43,194 nt of DNA, from positions 1 to 43,194 of the forward strand of contig CAIOXK010000020.1 in assembly GCA_903862255.1 (NCBI GenBank), given 5' to 3'. How positions within the stretch are numbered: position 1 is the first letter of the stretch; every line of letters begins with the position of its first letter. Origin of the DNA: Candidatus Nomurabacteria bacterium. GTDB taxonomy: Bacteria > Patescibacteriota > Minisyncoccia > Phycocordibacterales > UBA9973. The notes below the pieces were generated by a model. The model saw only the letters and a program-made list of their open reading frames with translations, did not search any database and had not been told where the DNA came from. Position numbers and translations under genes: made by a program. Positions 41,192 through 43,194 of this stretch are shown piece after piece.

Positions 41192-42484
41192 CTATGGATT
41201 TAAGCGTTTTACATCACGAGGCAAGTACGTTGCCTCACGAACGTTTGGTAAATCAAGAATTTTCATAATGAATCTTCCTGGGCCGATACCTGCTCCGCCG
41301 TGTGGAGGACAACCCCAACGGAAGAAGTTCAAGTAGTCTTTTAACGCTTCAAGAGACATACCCTTTTCAATTGCCTGCTTCTCAAGAATTTCAATGCGGT
41401 GTTCGCGCTGTGCGAGTGTAGTCACCTCAATACCCTTATAGAGCAAGTCAGCACGCTTACCGCGCCCATCTTCATTGCGCATGTGATAAAAAGCACTTTT
41501 TGAAACATGATATTCAGTAATAAATACGAATTCATGATTATATTTTTCTTGTACATATTCACTGATCGCTCGCTCTTCTTCAGGAGAAAGGTCATGCTCT
41601 TCCCCACTCACTACTCCACGTTCAGCCAAAATCGCCTTTGCTTCAAGCATAGTTATGCGAGGAAATGGTGATGTAGGTACAACAACATTCAGTTCAGGGA
41701 ATTTTTCAGTCAAACGTGTAAAGCCTGAAATAATCATTCCTTCTTCAGCGTCCATGATGTCATGATGAGATTCGATATATGACATTTCAAAGTCCCAACC
41801 AGTGAATTCTGTCAGGTGACGAGTAGTAAATGAAAGTTCTGCACGGAATACTGGACCAGCCATAAATACCCGTTCAAACCCTGAAGCCATCGCCATTTGT
41901 TTATAAAATTGCGGTGACTGTGCTAGGTAAGCCTTGCGATCAAAGTAATTAACTTCAAACACCTCTGCTCCAGTTTCAGAAGGAGTAGACATAAATGAAG
42001 GGGTATAAATCTCTAAGAAATTGTTTTGATCCCAGTATTCACGAAAGCCTTTTTCAAGCTCTGTCCACACCTTAAAGATCTGCAATTTTTCTGGCTTACG
42101 AAGATCTAACCAACGATAGTCGAAACGTGTTGGCGCTTCTGTTTCTTCACCTCCTTTTTTATCTACGATCGGAATTGGTAGCTGTGCATCTGCTGCCGAA
42201 ATTACTTCAATCGTTGTTGCTTCAATTTCAAATCCACCAATAGCCTGTTTTGCTTCTTTTACTAGGCCAGTAACTTTTACTACTGATTCTGTAGAGAGAC
42301 CACTAGAAATTTCAAATGCTTCAGGCTGCTCAATAGTAATAACTGTTTGCAAAATACCAGTAACATCTCGTACAAGCAAAAAGGCAATTTTACTCTGTGC
42401 TCGGATAGTTTGCGCAAAACCGACTATGGATGTTTCCTGTCCTACTAATGACGCAATGTCTTTTATGTATGTTCTTTTAATCAT
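41192..42484 (-). CDS. aspS: Aspartate--tRNA ligase, short archaeal-type (probably non-discriminating Asp/Asn)
   Basis: OB-fold, YLAQSPQFYKQ, FRAE...RHLTEF, PPHGGAGIG; 430 aa with no GAD insert. Confidence 0.92.
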   Translation of the reverse strand: MIKRTYIKDIASLVGQETSIVGFAQTIRAQSKIAFLLVRDVTGILQTVITIEQPEAFEISSGLSTESVVKVTGLVKEAKQAIGGFEIEATTIEVISAADAQLPIPIVDKKGGEETEAPTRFDYRWLDLRKPEKLQIFKVWTELEKGFREYWDQNNFLEIYTPSFMSTPSETGAEVFEVNYFDRKAYLAQSPQFYKQMAMASGFERVFMAGPVFRAELSFTTRHLTEFTGWDFEMSYIESHHDIMDAEEGMIISGFTRLTEKFPELNVVVPTSPFPRITMLEAKAILAERGVVSGEEHDLSPEEERAISEYVQEKYNHEFVFITEYHVSKSAFYHMRNEDGRGKRADLLYKGIEVTTLAQREHRIEILEKQAIEKGMSLEALKDYLNFFRWGCPPHGGAGIGPGRFIMKILDLPNVREATYLPRDVKRLNP

Positions 42485-42504
42485 ATGTTTGTGAGTTGAA
42501 GGGC

Positions 42505-42661
42505 AAAAAAAATCGCCTCTTCGAACTTATAAATTACTTAATAAGCTCGCAGGGGCGATTTTTCTCAAAAACGCGGTGCCACCCTACTTTTTACTCTTTT
42601 ATGCATGCGGTGCATCAAGCTTGCGCTTCCGTTGCCTCCCTGGTGTCAGCAGATCATTGGT
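42505..42661 (-). promoter_or_regulatory. T-box riboswitch with Asp specifier upstream of aspS
   Basis: T-box AGGGTGGCACCGCG (42585-42572), terminator hairpin with U-run (42563-42505), GAC at 42647-42645 in a short Stem I. Confidence 0.88.
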
Positions 42662-42728
42662 ATTCTTATACTACAAGATTTTTAGAAATAAAAAAAGCCC
42701 CATCTGTCACCCGGGACTTTTTAATAGA

Positions 42729-43136
42729 TTAGTTGACCATAGTCACTAATTTCCGATCTACAGGAATCTTGTACACAAACTGGCCATCAACAGGCATGAA
42801 TGGCAAATCTGCAGTCGTTACTTTCAAACTTTTTTGTACATATAACGAATCGTATGCACGATATTCGAAATTACCTTTTTTCGAAAAATGAGCAGAATCC
42901 ACTACATGCACATAACCAACTACATTTTTATGAAGTAGTGCGCTCAGCATTTTTTCACATACTCTTATTTCTAAGGTACATTTTGTTTTACTCAGATGAG
43001 CACTGTAACCAGCACGACCAGGTCCGCATGCTTTTATCATATCGGTCAGATTGGGAAATGCTTCGTCAAACTGTTTAGGGCTACCATGTAAAAGTGTGTT
43101 GCCCGAAGCAACAAGTGATTGCAGTACTTTTCTCAT
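42729..43136 (-). CDS. Hypothetical protein (135 aa)
   Basis: Complete ORF containing LLHGS and GYVHVV; no confident family. Confidence 0.55.
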   Translation of the reverse strand: MRKVLQSLVASGNTLLHGSPKQFDEAFPNLTDMIKACGPGRAGYSAHLSKTKCTLEIRVCEKMLSALLHKNVVGYVHVVDSAHFSKKGNFEYRAYDSLYVQKSLKVTTADLPFMPVDGQFVYKIPVDRKLVTMVN

Positions 43137-43194
43137 AATCTATTGAATTTTGGTTTCCGAGTATTAAAGCATGGATATGTTTTTAATCAAATAC

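Noticed and set aside
41082..41336. 84-aa plus-strand ORF
   Set aside because: Crosses the aspS terminator and is antisense to aspS; the structured-RNA reading fits better.
42496..42732. 78-aa plus-strand ORF
   Set aside because: Antisense to the T-box leader, TTG start, no protein features.

Overview
Gene-dense, AT-rich bacterial window using genetic code 11. Gene content and arrangement suggest Patescibacteria/CPR (Parcubacteria-like): scpA-scpB-mraY-ftsW-murG order, short archaeal-type aspS, atp operon without atpI, few Shine-Dalgarno sites, and many -10 boxes right next to start codons. This taxonomy is inferred, not proven. Housekeeping and envelope genes: ABC-F, lexA, DedA, gpmI, eno, atpBEFHAGDC, ECF sigma with a membrane partner, uppP, FMN-binding/ApbE/DoxX, P-type ATPase, MarR-HlyD-HlyD-MFS efflux, YihY, a heterodimeric ABC exporter, murG, ftsW, mraY, scpBA, aspS. 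Best candidate for a novel system is 26292-30475: an OmpR-type response regulator, an unannotated 38-aa peptide ending GGFIPWENSEN, a polytopic histidine kinase, and an enzyme fusing a class II terpene cyclase (DxDD) to a class I isoprenoid-synthase/prenyltransferase-like domain. The layout resembles a ComQXPA-like prenylated-peptide quorum-sensing/RiPP locus. Other highlights: a compact Asp-specifier T-box with an ultra-short Stem I, an ORF-less structured RNA candidate between aspS and scpA, a LexA box inside a promoter driving two small genes plus lexA, and a Bacteroidota-like beta-barrel gene inserted between ftsW and murG. No tRNA, rRNA, CRISPR array or transposase was recognised. All calls come from reading motifs by eye; no searches were run.
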